NCBI GenBank assembly: GCA_032249095.1
Contig: JAVVGN010000001.1
Span: forward strand, 1-32,000
DNA length: 32,000 nt
From: Candidatus Caldarchaeales archaeon
GTDB taxonomy: Archaea; Thermoproteota; Nitrososphaeria_A; Caldarchaeales; Calditenuaceae
Reading direction: 5' to 3'
Shown: piece by piece, positions 15,168 through 23,962 of the stretch
Position numbering within the stretch: position 1 is the first letter of the stretch
Layout of the letters: the number at the start of each line of letters is the position of its first letter
The notes under the pieces: generated by a model
Told to the model about the DNA's origin: nothing
Seen by the model: the letters and a program-made list of their open reading frames with translations, nothing else
Database searches by the model: none
Made by a program: the position numbers and the translations under genes

Positions 15168-16541
15168 GTGATGGGGGAGGGCCTAGCACTGAACCTGGAG
15201 AGCAGGGGGATGAGGGTCGCGGTTTACAACAGGACGGCCGAGAAGGTCGTGAAGTTTCTAAGGGAGAGGGCGGCGGGCAGGGCGATAGAAGGCTACACGG
15301 ACCTGCGGAGTTTCGTCTCCTCCCTCAAGAGGCCGAGGCTTATTCTGCTCCTCGTCAAGGCCGGGCCCCCTGTCGACGAGGCGCTGGAAGCTCTAGCCTC
15401 GGCTGGCCTGGAGAGGGGAGACATCGTGGCTGACTGCGGCAACTCCCACTACAGGGATTCAGACAGGAGGATGGTCGAGGCCGCATCTAGGGGATACCGA
15501 TTCCTAGGCGTCGGCGTGAGCGGTGGCGTCGAGGGGGCACTGAGGGGGCCCTCGATGATGTTTGGTGGAGACTTCTCGGCCTACGTCGAGGCGGAGAGAC
15601 TTCTGGGCAGGGCCGCCGCCGTCTACGAGTCCTCTCGCTGCACCGGCTACTTCGGGGATGGCGGTGGTGGCCACTTCGTCAAGATAGTCCACAACGGGAT
15701 CGAGTACGCCATCCTCCAGGCCATCGCGGAGTCCTACGACTATCTTAGGAGAGGACTGGGCATGGGAGCCCAGGAGGCGGCTGGTGTCTTCGAGGAGTGG
15801 AGCCGCGGAGAGCTCAGGTCCTTCCTAGTCGAGGCGGCCGCTAAAGTCTTAAGACATATGGACCCCGAGTCCGGGAGACCTCTGGTCGAGATGATCGTGG
15901 ACGAGGCCGAGCAGAAGGGGACCGGGGTCTGGGCCGTAGAGGCCTCCGCGGAGTTCGGCGCCCCTGCACCAACAATCTGCGAGGCCGTCCAGCACAGGCT
16001 TATCTCGACGAGGAGAGACTTGAGGAGCAGGCTATCGGCCTCCGGAAGGGCGGGTGGAGGGGTCGTCGGCGCATCGCTCTCGCCCGAGGATGTCGGGCCG
16101 GCGCTTCTCGCAACGGTAATCCTCTCCTATGCGCAGGGGGCCGGCCTCCTCGATAGTGGGGCGAGGCGCTACGGCTTCAGGGTCTCAGAGGCCTTCAGGG
16201 TCTGGAGGGCGGGCTGCATAATACGTTCTCGGATAGTTGAGGAGACCTTTGAGTCGCTCTTCCACGGTGGAGGCGAGGCGGCCGTCCAGATCCTCGCCGA
16301 TAGGCAGGGCCAGCTCGAGGCCCTCCTCCCACGCCTAGCCGCCTTCGTAAGCGACGCGGCCAGGATCGGACTCCCCGCACCCGCAGCCTCGAGCGCCCTC
16401 TCCTACTACGTCGCCCTCAGATCCGAGAGGCTCCCCGCCAACCTCATCCAGGCCATCCGCGACTACTTCGGGGCCCACGGCTTCAAGCTGGAGGGCAGGG
16501 AGGGCGTCTTCCACTCAGACTGGGGCGCGCGGGCTGGGTGA
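15168..16541 (+). CDS. gnd: 6-phosphogluconate dehydrogenase (decarboxylating); coordinates start at the first in-frame GTG, but the conserved N-terminus begins at about 15132-15144
   Basis: Motifs GVGVSGGVEGALRGPSMMFGG, HFVKIVHNGIEYAILQAIAESY and RDYFGAHGF. In-frame upstream codons encode DVGVFGLGV, the Rossmann beta1 strand and the first Gly of GxGxxG. They are preceded only by a CTG at 15132. Confidence 0.9.
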   Translation: MMGEGLALNLESRGMRVAVYNRTAEKVVKFLRERAAGRAIEGYTDLRSFVSSLKRPRLILLLVKAGPPVDEALEALASAGLERGDIVADCGNSHYRDSDRRMVEAASRGYRFLGVGVSGGVEGALRGPSMMFGGDFSAYVEAERLLGRAAAVYESSRCTGYFGDGGGGHFVKIVHNGIEYAILQAIAESYDYLRRGLGMGAQEAAGVFEEWSRGELRSFLVEAAAKVLRHMDPESGRPLVEMIVDEAEQKGTGVWAVEASAEFGAPAPTICEAVQHRLISTRRDLRSRLSASGRAGGGVVGASLSPEDVGPALLATVILSYAQGAGLLDSGARRYGFRVSEAFRVWRAGCIIRSRIVEETFESLFHGGGEAAVQILADRQGQLEALLPRLAAFVSDAARIGLPAPAASSALSYYVALRSERLPANLIQAIRDYFGAHGFKLEGREGVFHSDWGARAG

Positions 16542-17521
16542 CCCTGATGGAGATCTGGCTCCGTTGGGGAGGGACAAGCGTCTCCTTCGAGGCGCCGGAG
16601 GAGCTGTTGATCAGAGAGCTGAAGCACGAGACCATACCTCAAAGCCACTACCAGGCGCTTCTAGGCGAGGCACTCTCAGGGCTCGGAGACCCCACTGTGG
16701 TGATCGACTACCACCCACCGGCCTCAGGACTCGGGCCGATTCTCGAGCTTCTCAGGGAGAAGACCGGCCGCGTATACGTCTCGCTGTGGCGCGTCCCACC
16801 CGCCATGAGGGGCGCGGAGCTGGAAGCCCTCATGGGGCTGGGGGTAGAAGCCGTCCCCCTAAGCGAGCTGGCCCAGGATACCCGCGAAGTCCTCCTGATC
16901 TGCCACCACACCACAAGGCCCCTGCTGTGGGGGTTCTCGGACCAGCCTGCAGATCTCTTCGTCCAGCTTGCGAGGATGGAGGGGCTTGACGCCCCCAAAG
17001 CCGCGAGGGTCAGCATCCTCGAAACCGGGTACGACTCCGAAGGCACCCCCACGGAGACCTCTCCGGCCAGGCCGTCCTACGCGCCCGACTCCGTCGTTGT
17101 CTCCGCAGGCGGCTCTCCCTACGACTCGACTCTATACACGGCGCTCCAGGCCCTGATCCTAGCGTCTAAGGCCTGTAGGGAGGGGGGGACGGTCCTGCTA
17201 GCGGCCGAGTGTGCGGAGGGTCTGGGGTCACCCCGCCTGGCCCTGGCCCTCTACGAGTCGATGGGCGGGTCGGCAGACGGCTCCGAGCCCTGGCCGGAGC
17301 TGGTCCTAGCCCGGAGGTTTAGGGAGGTGGTTGGCAGCCGCAGAGTATACCTAGCGACCAGCCTGCCGAGAAGCATCACCCAGAGCCTCCTAGGCGTGAA
17401 AAGCCTCGACACTCTCCAGGAGGGGTTCTCCCAGCTTCTGAGGATCCACAGCAGGGAGCACAGGTCCGCCCTAATCGCCGAGGGGCTCCACACCTACGCC
17501 CTCCTCCCCGAGACCCAGTAG
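16538..17521 (+). CDS. Divergent LarA-like (DUF2088-like) protein, function unknown
   Basis: SAGGSPYDSTLYTALQALILASKACREGGTVLLAAECAEGLGS resembles the LarA-family C-terminal core. The N-terminal pattern LRWGGTSVSFEAPEELL is also LarA-like. The regions corresponding to the LarA DxTRP and AxGxHR motifs read DYHPP and LWRVPP. The GTG start overlaps the gnd stop (GTGA). Confidence 0.4.
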   Translation: MTLMEIWLRWGGTSVSFEAPEELLIRELKHETIPQSHYQALLGEALSGLGDPTVVIDYHPPASGLGPILELLREKTGRVYVSLWRVPPAMRGAELEALMGLGVEAVPLSELAQDTREVLLICHHTTRPLLWGFSDQPADLFVQLARMEGLDAPKAARVSILETGYDSEGTPTETSPARPSYAPDSVVVSAGGSPYDSTLYTALQALILASKACREGGTVLLAAECAEGLGSPRLALALYESMGGSADGSEPWPELVLARRFREVVGSRRVYLATSLPRSITQSLLGVKSLDTLQEGFSQLLRIHSREHRSALIAEGLHTYALLPETQ

Positions 17522-17529
17522 CCGATTGA

Positions 17530-18690
17530 CTATATTCGCAACAGGTTTAGTAGGGGGCTGGGTAGGACGACGAAGGTCACGACCGCCAGCGCCACGACAC
17601 CTATCATGGCGACCCTCCTCATCTTTGAGAGGGGCGAGACCATGTCTAGGGGAGGGAAGTCGATCGGGTTCATCATGAAGAGGAGCAGCATGAGGGAGAA
17701 GTAGTAGTAGCCCGTTACGAAGAGCAGGAGCACCGTGGCGTAGGATAGGATCCTATAGGTCCTGAAGCTTGTCAGGCTTCTGAAGATCCGTCCACCGTCC
17801 AGCTGCCAGGCGGGCAGGAGGTTCAGGCTGGTCACTACCATCCCCAGCCAAGCCGCGAACCCCACAGCCGGAAAGACCGGGACCACGTCGCCCCCAGGGC
17901 TGAATAAAAGGCCCATCAGTTGGAAGACGAGTGGTGAGGGAAGCATCGTGACAGCTCCCTCCTCGGCCATCCTCATTATGACGCTCCGCTCGACCCACTG
18001 GGCCTGGCTGAAGGCGATCCAGATCACTACGAGGCCTGCGAGGAATCCGGCAACCGGGCCGCTCACGCCTAGGTCGAAGAGGTCGTCCCTATTCCTCACT
18101 GGCCCCCTCTGGAAGATTACGGCCCCGAAGGTGGGGATTAAGCCAGGTATCCCGGGAATGAAGTAGGGGAGGCTGGAGGCGATAGAGTCGTGGCGGGCGG
18201 AGATCTTGTGACCGAGCTCGTGTATCCCTATGATCGTCATGATGCCCACTGTGTAGAGCAGGGCTTCCACGAGCCCCCCACCGGCAAGCGCCCTACCGCC
18301 AAGGAGGCCCGACCTTATTGCTCCATCCAAAAAGATCGTTGTGAGCGTGGCCAGGAATAGGACTAGGGGCCAGGGGCTCCGCCGTGTCTGGGGCTGGCTG
18401 TAGGGAAAGACCCTCAGTTCCACCTGCCCGCCCACCTCTACGGCTGCGGGGACGAAGCCTATACGTGTAAGCTCATAGTAGACCTCCCTGAAACGCTCCT
18501 TAATGTCCCTTGTGAGCAACCTGAAGGTCAGGACCCCCTCGACGTAGGCAACCTCCTTCACGGGAAGCCTGGACCTGACGATTCCCCCAATTGTCTCCAG
18601 CCTTTCGCCGTAACTCTCTGGCCCAAGCATCGAAAACCACTTAGGCAATCTGTACGCACACGGCGCCGGTAAAAAACCCTTGTCCACCAA
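17530..18690 (-). CDS. M50 family site-2 protease (zinc metalloprotease)
   Basis: HELGHKISARH (HExxH in a TM segment) and NLLPAWQLDGGRIF (NxxPxxxLDG). The protein is polytopic. The start is either TTG 18690 or ATG 18630. Confidence 0.85.
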   Translation of the reverse strand: MVDKGFLPAPCAYRLPKWFSMLGPESYGERLETIGGIVRSRLPVKEVAYVEGVLTFRLLTRDIKERFREVYYELTRIGFVPAAVEVGGQVELRVFPYSQPQTRRSPWPLVLFLATLTTIFLDGAIRSGLLGGRALAGGGLVEALLYTVGIMTIIGIHELGHKISARHDSIASSLPYFIPGIPGLIPTFGAVIFQRGPVRNRDDLFDLGVSGPVAGFLAGLVVIWIAFSQAQWVERSVIMRMAEEGAVTMLPSPLVFQLMGLLFSPGGDVVPVFPAVGFAAWLGMVVTSLNLLPAWQLDGGRIFRSLTSFRTYRILSYATVLLLFVTGYYYFSLMLLLFMMNPIDFPPLDMVSPLSKMRRVAMIGVVALAVVTFVVLPSPLLNLLRI

Positions 18691-18758
18691 ACGCGGGGGC
18701 TGTGAATAAAACCCTTATACGTGGCCGTACCCCACCTACTCTACAAGGTATATGCGAG

Positions 18759-19052
18759 ATGGCTGGCTTCGGCTTTGAGGACCTTGTAGTGAACCTCGTC
18801 CTGCTCCTTGCCGGCCTGCTAGTAGGTATAGGGTTTGCAAAAATCCTGAAGGGTCTCCTACTAATTGTCCTCGCCCTCGCGATTCTCTTCCTACTGGGCT
18901 TCACGGTGGCTGGGATCGTGGCACCCCAGACAATCGCCTCGCTCTTCGGGCCTGCAAAGCAGCTCGCCCTCCAGTTCCTCACACTCCTCGCCAAGTATCC
19001 CGCACTCTCCATGGGACTCTTGATAGGTCTCGTTATAGGGGCTCTCAGGTAG
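18759..19052 (+). CDS. Small hydrophobic membrane protein (hypothetical)
   Basis: From ATG 18759 the ORF reads MAGFGFEDLVVNLVLLLAGLLVGIGF.., with about three TM helices. The ORF-track start at 18702 adds a basic leader with no support. Confidence 0.4.
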   Translation: MAGFGFEDLVVNLVLLLAGLLVGIGFAKILKGLLLIVLALAILFLLGFTVAGIVAPQTIASLFGPAKQLALQFLTLLAKYPALSMGLLIGLVIGALR

Positions 19053-19788
19053 GCTGCCCGGTCCTCCTGAGCGGCTGCCTTAGGCACCAGAGAGCGAACC
19101 TGAGGATCTCGCGGATGGAGAGCTTGCTTCTGCCGGACGCCCTCTCGTAGAAGTCTATTGGGACCTCGACAATCCTCGCGCCGAGCCTCTTGAAGTGGAG
19201 GAGTGTGTCGACCTGGAAGACGTAGCCGGATTCGAAGGTGGTGCGGCCCGAGAGCGCTGCTTCCAGGATTCTCCGGGAGATGGCCCTGTAGCCGCTTGTC
19301 GCGTCCCTGACGCGGAGGCCTGTTGCGAGTCTCGCGAGCAGGTTCGCACCCCTACTTATCAGGCGCCTCGACAGGGCCCCACCCCTCCAACCACCACCCA
19401 CAACGTATCTCGAGCCCACCGCGACGTCGGAGCGGCCCTCAACCACCGGTTCCACTAGGCGCGGAAGCTGGCGTGGGTCGTGGCTTCCGTCCGCATCCAT
19501 CTCGACGAAGACCTCGGCCTCCGGCATGTTCCTGAGCCCCCACCTAAAACCGTCAATATAGGCGGAGCCAAGCCCCATCTTGCCGGGTCTCGCTAGTAGG
19601 AAGACGACGCCCAGCCTCGCCGCTAGGTCTCCGACAATCTCGCGCGTCCCGTCGGTGCTTGCGTCGTCCACCACGAGGACCGCGAGGTCGAGCCCCGCGC
19701 CGCGGGCAGTCTCCACAAGATTTTCCAGCACGCCTCCGACTGACCCCGCCTCGTTATGCGTGGGGAGGACTACCAAGACTCTACCCAT
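19045..19788 (-). CDS. GT2 polyprenol/dolichol-phosphate mannose synthase-like glycosyltransferase
   Basis: Motifs VVLPTHNEAGSV, LVVDDASTDGT, EMDADGSHDP and GSRYVVGGG..TSGYRAIS are typical of DPM1/Ppm1-like enzymes. Confidence 0.8.
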   Translation of the reverse strand: MGRVLVVLPTHNEAGSVGGVLENLVETARGAGLDLAVLVVDDASTDGTREIVGDLAARLGVVFLLARPGKMGLGSAYIDGFRWGLRNMPEAEVFVEMDADGSHDPRQLPRLVEPVVEGRSDVAVGSRYVVGGGWRGGALSRRLISRGANLLARLATGLRVRDATSGYRAISRRILEAALSGRTTFESGYVFQVDTLLHFKRLGARIVEVPIDFYERASGRSKLSIREILRFALWCLRQPLRRTGQPT

Positions 19789-19896
19789 TCCCCAGAGATG
19801 GATTGCTCTTGCGACATTAACCCTTTCCCGTTTGGCACAAACATGTATATAGCCTGCGCAGGACAGTCAAACTGGACGAGGGTAGTGTAGCCGGGG

Positions 19897-21165
19897 ATGC
19901 CGCGCCTCTTCGAGGTTGAGTTCAAGCCGCCCTTCCTCCTCGTCAAGTCAAGCAGGATAACCTCAACCTTCGACAGGCTAGGAAAGACGAGGCTGGCCGG
20001 CGCGCTCGGATGGGCCTCCCTTGGCCTTCTGCCCTTCATCGCGGGTGCAGGCCTGACGCTCCTGCTCCTCTCGCTTGTCGCGATAGTGAGTAGGCCGGAG
20101 GTCCAAGAGGCCCAGCGACAGGCGGGGCCTCAGAGCCTTCTCCTCATTCCAGGCCTCAACCCCTACCTCCCAATCCTCTACGGCTGGCTCGCCCTAGTCA
20201 TAGCGCTTGTGGTCCATGAGGGCATGCATGGGGTCTTGGCGAGGAGGCTCGGATACACCGTAAAGTCGAGCGGCATCATACTCTTCCTAGTTCTACCGAT
20301 AGGAGCCTTCGTCGAGACCGACGACAAGGAGATTAAGACAGGCCGCGTCAGGGACGTGTCTAGGATTCTGGCGGGAGGGCCGGCCTCGAACATCGCCATG
20401 GCGCTTATCTGCCTTGCCGTCCTAGCCACGATAAGCCTAGGCCTGCAGCCGGCCCCGATCATGGTCTTGGAGGATGTCTTCGAGGGCTCACCGGCGATGG
20501 AGGCTGGTCTGAAGCCGGGCGACCGTCTGCTATCGGTCAACGGTAAGCCCGCCGTAAGCCTCTCGGTCCTCTCCTCGAGCATATCTGAGGCCGGCTATGG
20601 TGGCTCCGTGGAGCTTGAGGTTGCTAGGGAGGGCGTGGGCGTCCTGAGGTTTAGGGTGGGCGTCGCCGAGCTTGGGCTCGGGAGGCCTATGATCGGCGTG
20701 AGTATTGGTAATGCCGAGGTCCAGGAGTGGGCGAACCAATACCTAGGCTCCTACAAGTCCAGCGTCACGAGAAACCCCCTGATCTTCCTCCTGCCACCCT
20801 CCCTCTATCCCGCACACCCCTTCTCCCAGCTCAGCATCTGCCAAGACGAGACCGCCGCCGAGCCGCGGTGCTGGCCCGTAGCGAGCATCTTCCAACACCC
20901 ACTCCTAGGCTCAGCATACCCACCCATAGCCAACCTACTCTTCTGGGTCTGGTTCGTCAACTTCAACGTAGGCATCTTCAACGCCCTCCCAATCTACCCC
21001 CTCGACGGCGGCCAGATATTGAGGAGGGTGCTCTCGGCGTCCCTCGGTGCCAGGATCGGCGAGGCGGGGGTAAGGCTCGCCGTCACCATAATAAGCCTCG
21101 CACTGGTTGGCATAGTCCTCTCGCTATTCACAGTGCCCTACCTGGCCCCACTGATAGCAAGTTAG
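19897..21165 (+). CDS. M50 family site-2 protease with an internal PDZ domain (RseP-like)
   Basis: HEGMHGVLARR (HExxH), a PDZ-like GSPAMEAGLKPGDRLLSVNGKPA, and FNALPIYPLDGGQIL. Confidence 0.85.
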   Translation: MPRLFEVEFKPPFLLVKSSRITSTFDRLGKTRLAGALGWASLGLLPFIAGAGLTLLLLSLVAIVSRPEVQEAQRQAGPQSLLLIPGLNPYLPILYGWLALVIALVVHEGMHGVLARRLGYTVKSSGIILFLVLPIGAFVETDDKEIKTGRVRDVSRILAGGPASNIAMALICLAVLATISLGLQPAPIMVLEDVFEGSPAMEAGLKPGDRLLSVNGKPAVSLSVLSSSISEAGYGGSVELEVAREGVGVLRFRVGVAELGLGRPMIGVSIGNAEVQEWANQYLGSYKSSVTRNPLIFLLPPSLYPAHPFSQLSICQDETAAEPRCWPVASIFQHPLLGSAYPPIANLLFWVWFVNFNVGIFNALPIYPLDGGQILRRVLSASLGARIGEAGVRLAVTIISLALVGIVLSLFTVPYLAPLIAS

Positions 21166-21211
21166 CGGGCCGGTGAGGATGATTAGCAGCGGCATCCAGA
21201 GCCTCTAGGGG

Positions 21212-21976
21212 ATGAGTATGATAGTCGTGGTCTCCAAGCCGCCTACTAGGAGGGCGGGGCTTGAGGCCCTGACCATCATCGGCGGCGCGGAGTACGGCGC
21301 GATACTTCTGGACCTGCCGCGCACCCTCCAGCGGAGTGTTGAGAGACTTGTCAGCGAGGGAGAGCCTGGCTGGCTCGAGGATCAGCTCCACGCCGACCTG
21401 GCTCTCTCCGCCGCCGCTAAGGGCCACGAGACTCTACTCAAGCTGCTCCCCCGCTTCGCGGCAGGTAGGCCGGTCTACTGCTACGCCCCGGACCCCTCGG
21501 AGCGGGAAAGAAGGTTCCAAGAGGAGATGGCGAGGCTGATACTACGCGACAGCATCACGGGGAGGATCTCTCTGGAGGAGTGGAGAGAACTTATAGTGGA
21601 GGCGAGGAGGGCCTCAGACCTCGGCCTCGCCGAGCAAGCTCTCTATATTATCGGCATAACGAGGAGGTTTGAGGCGATTGTCTGCGTCTCAGACATCGTG
21701 AAGGCCCAGCCCCTCAAGCGGGAGCTACAGAAAGTGGCGGAGACGCGCATCATATACGCAGGCCTCCCCCACCAACACACACCCCTCCAATCACTAATTC
21801 TCTCGCGCCGAGAGCCAAGCGAGCACGAGATAGTGGAGGCCGTCAAGCAGCACATCAAGCTCATAAGGGACTACGTGATACCGCTAGGCCTCGAGCAGGG
21901 TATCGAGGAGTGGGCCGCAACGAGGCTGAGATGGCTGAGTCGCGGATCTGTCTACCATGGTCGAAGCCGCGATTGA
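21212..21976 (+). CDS. Hypothetical protein (254 aa, soluble, no motif recognised)
   Basis: A long ORF with protein-like composition that fills the gap between flanking genes. It starts 46 nt after the M50-PDZ gene. Confidence 0.5.
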   Translation: MSMIVVVSKPPTRRAGLEALTIIGGAEYGAILLDLPRTLQRSVERLVSEGEPGWLEDQLHADLALSAAAKGHETLLKLLPRFAAGRPVYCYAPDPSERERRFQEEMARLILRDSITGRISLEEWRELIVEARRASDLGLAEQALYIIGITRRFEAIVCVSDIVKAQPLKRELQKVAETRIIYAGLPHQHTPLQSLILSRREPSEHEIVEAVKQHIKLIRDYVIPLGLEQGIEEWAATRLRWLSRGSVYHGRSRD

Positions 21977-21980
21977 CCTG

Positions 21981-23798
21981 CTAGAGTACGGTGACGGATT
22001 TGGCGAGGTTCCTAGGCCTGTCTGGGTCAAGTCCCCTAGCTAGTGCCGTGTAGTATGCGAGAAGCTGGAGTGGGATGACGTAAGTTATGGGTGTCAGGAG
22101 CGGGTGCGTCCTGGGCAGCCCGATATAGAAGTCCGCGAGCTGTCTTAGCTCCTCGTCAGACCTATCCCCCAGAACCACGACGTAGGCCCCCCTAGACTTC
22201 ATCTCCGATATACTGCTTAGGTTGAGCTTTCTCTGCTCGTCGGGCGGAACTATAAATATCGTCGGAACACCCCTCTCGATCACGCTTATTGGCCCATGCT
22301 TGCTCTCGCCAGCAGGATATGTCATGCATGGGATGTAGGAGAGCTCCATGAGCTTCAGCCGGCCCTCGAGAGCGGTACTCGTCGAGATCCCCCGCCCAAG
22401 GAAGAGGACGACCCTGCTGCCCGCAAGACGCTCGGCCAGTTGCTTGGCCTGGTGGCCCGCCTCAAGCAAAACTTCCTCGACAATCCGGGGAGTGGAGGCC
22501 ATCACGCTTTTAAACTCATCCATCTCGTACTGAGCCATCTTACCTCTCAGCCTCGCGAGCCTGAGGGCTATCTGAGCCAAGACCGTGATCTGGGAGGTGA
22601 AGGTCTTGGTCGCTCCGACCCCTATCTCGGGGCCCGCGTTCTGCAGGACGTATGCGCGCGAAATCCTAGTCAGGGTCGAGCCGACCGTGTTCGTGACGCC
22701 GAGGATCGTACAGGCGCGCATCCTCGCGAACTCCAGAGCTTTCAGCACATCCGTCGTCTCGCCTGACTGGCTGACCGCGAGAATAACGCTATCAACCCCG
22801 ATCGTGCTGCCATAGTTGGGTACGAACTCGGAGGCGACTACCGGAAAAGTGGGGAGACGGGCCAGGGCCGAGAATAGGTAGGAGCCTGCGACGCAAGCGT
22901 TGTATGAGGTGCCCGCCCCGACCAAGAAGACGAAGCGGCCACGGTCTAGTAGCTCGGCGACGAGATCAACGTACTCGATTTGTAGGCGGAGCGCGTTTCT
23001 AATGGTCTCAGGCTGCTCAAAGATCTCCTTAAGCATAAAGTGTGGATGGCCCTGCTTCTCAGCCATCTCGACCGTCATATCAACCATCTTCACAGCCCTC
23101 TCGGCGGTGGTTCCGTCCTCGATCCTCACGATCTTGTATCCGTTGGCGGTCAGAGCCACCATATCCCCGTCGCTGAGGAATATCATCTGTCTCGTCATCT
23201 CGAGAAGGGCAGTTATGTCGGACGCAACCATGTTGAACCCTCCGCCCACACCGACTATCAGGGGAGACTCCATCCGCGCCGCGAGGAGGAGGTTGGGATG
23301 CCGCGCAGATATGAGCGCCACTGCATAGGAGCCTTCTAAACGCAGGAGGGTCCTCCTGAAAGCCTCCTCGAGCCTCTCGCCCCTCTTCAAAAACTCCTCG
23401 ACCAGATGCGCGATGACCTCGCTGTCTGTACGTGAGGTAAAGACATGGTTGAGCTCCTGCAGCTCCTTCTTCAGAGCAAGAAAATTCTCTATTATACCAT
23501 TGTGAACTATTGCTATTGACCCCATACAGTCGGTGTGCGGATGAGCATTCAGCATTGTGGGTGCGCCGTGAGTTGCCCACCTAGTGTGCGCGACGCCCAC
23601 TGTCCCCGGCAGTGAGTCGAGGCCTAGCCTCCCATTCACGTCGTCAACCTTTCCCACATCCTTCCTAACTTGGAGGCGGCCTTCGTGCACCGTCGCGATC
23701 CCAGCCGAGTCGTAACCCCTATACTCCAGCCTCTTAAGGGCCCTCACTAGCAGAGGAGCGCAGGCCTCACCGCCGACATACCCCACAATCCCGCACAT
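21981..23798 (-). CDS. glmS: Glutamine--fructose-6-phosphate aminotransferase (isomerizing)
   Basis: The N-terminal nucleophile motif MCGIVGY and two SIS domains (SQSGETTD..). The C-terminus reads LAKSVTV. Confidence 0.95.
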   Translation of the reverse strand: MCGIVGYVGGEACAPLLVRALKRLEYRGYDSAGIATVHEGRLQVRKDVGKVDDVNGRLGLDSLPGTVGVAHTRWATHGAPTMLNAHPHTDCMGSIAIVHNGIIENFLALKKELQELNHVFTSRTDSEVIAHLVEEFLKRGERLEEAFRRTLLRLEGSYAVALISARHPNLLLAARMESPLIVGVGGGFNMVASDITALLEMTRQMIFLSDGDMVALTANGYKIVRIEDGTTAERAVKMVDMTVEMAEKQGHPHFMLKEIFEQPETIRNALRLQIEYVDLVAELLDRGRFVFLVGAGTSYNACVAGSYLFSALARLPTFPVVASEFVPNYGSTIGVDSVILAVSQSGETTDVLKALEFARMRACTILGVTNTVGSTLTRISRAYVLQNAGPEIGVGATKTFTSQITVLAQIALRLARLRGKMAQYEMDEFKSVMASTPRIVEEVLLEAGHQAKQLAERLAGSRVVLFLGRGISTSTALEGRLKLMELSYIPCMTYPAGESKHGPISVIERGVPTIFIVPPDEQRKLNLSSISEMKSRGAYVVVLGDRSDEELRQLADFYIGLPRTHPLLTPITYVIPLQLLAYYTALARGLDPDRPRNLAKSVTVL

Positions 23799-23962
23799 GT
23801 TGTCAAGCGTATGGGCACGTTAGGAGATAACCTTGACTATTATTAACCCCTAGAATAGAGGCCGCCTCGGGACAGCCCATTTATTCCAATCTCTGGACCG
23901 CACCTCCTCTATCCCTGAGAATTTTTGGAGACGGAAAGGCTTTTATCAGCGGTCGGGTTCTG

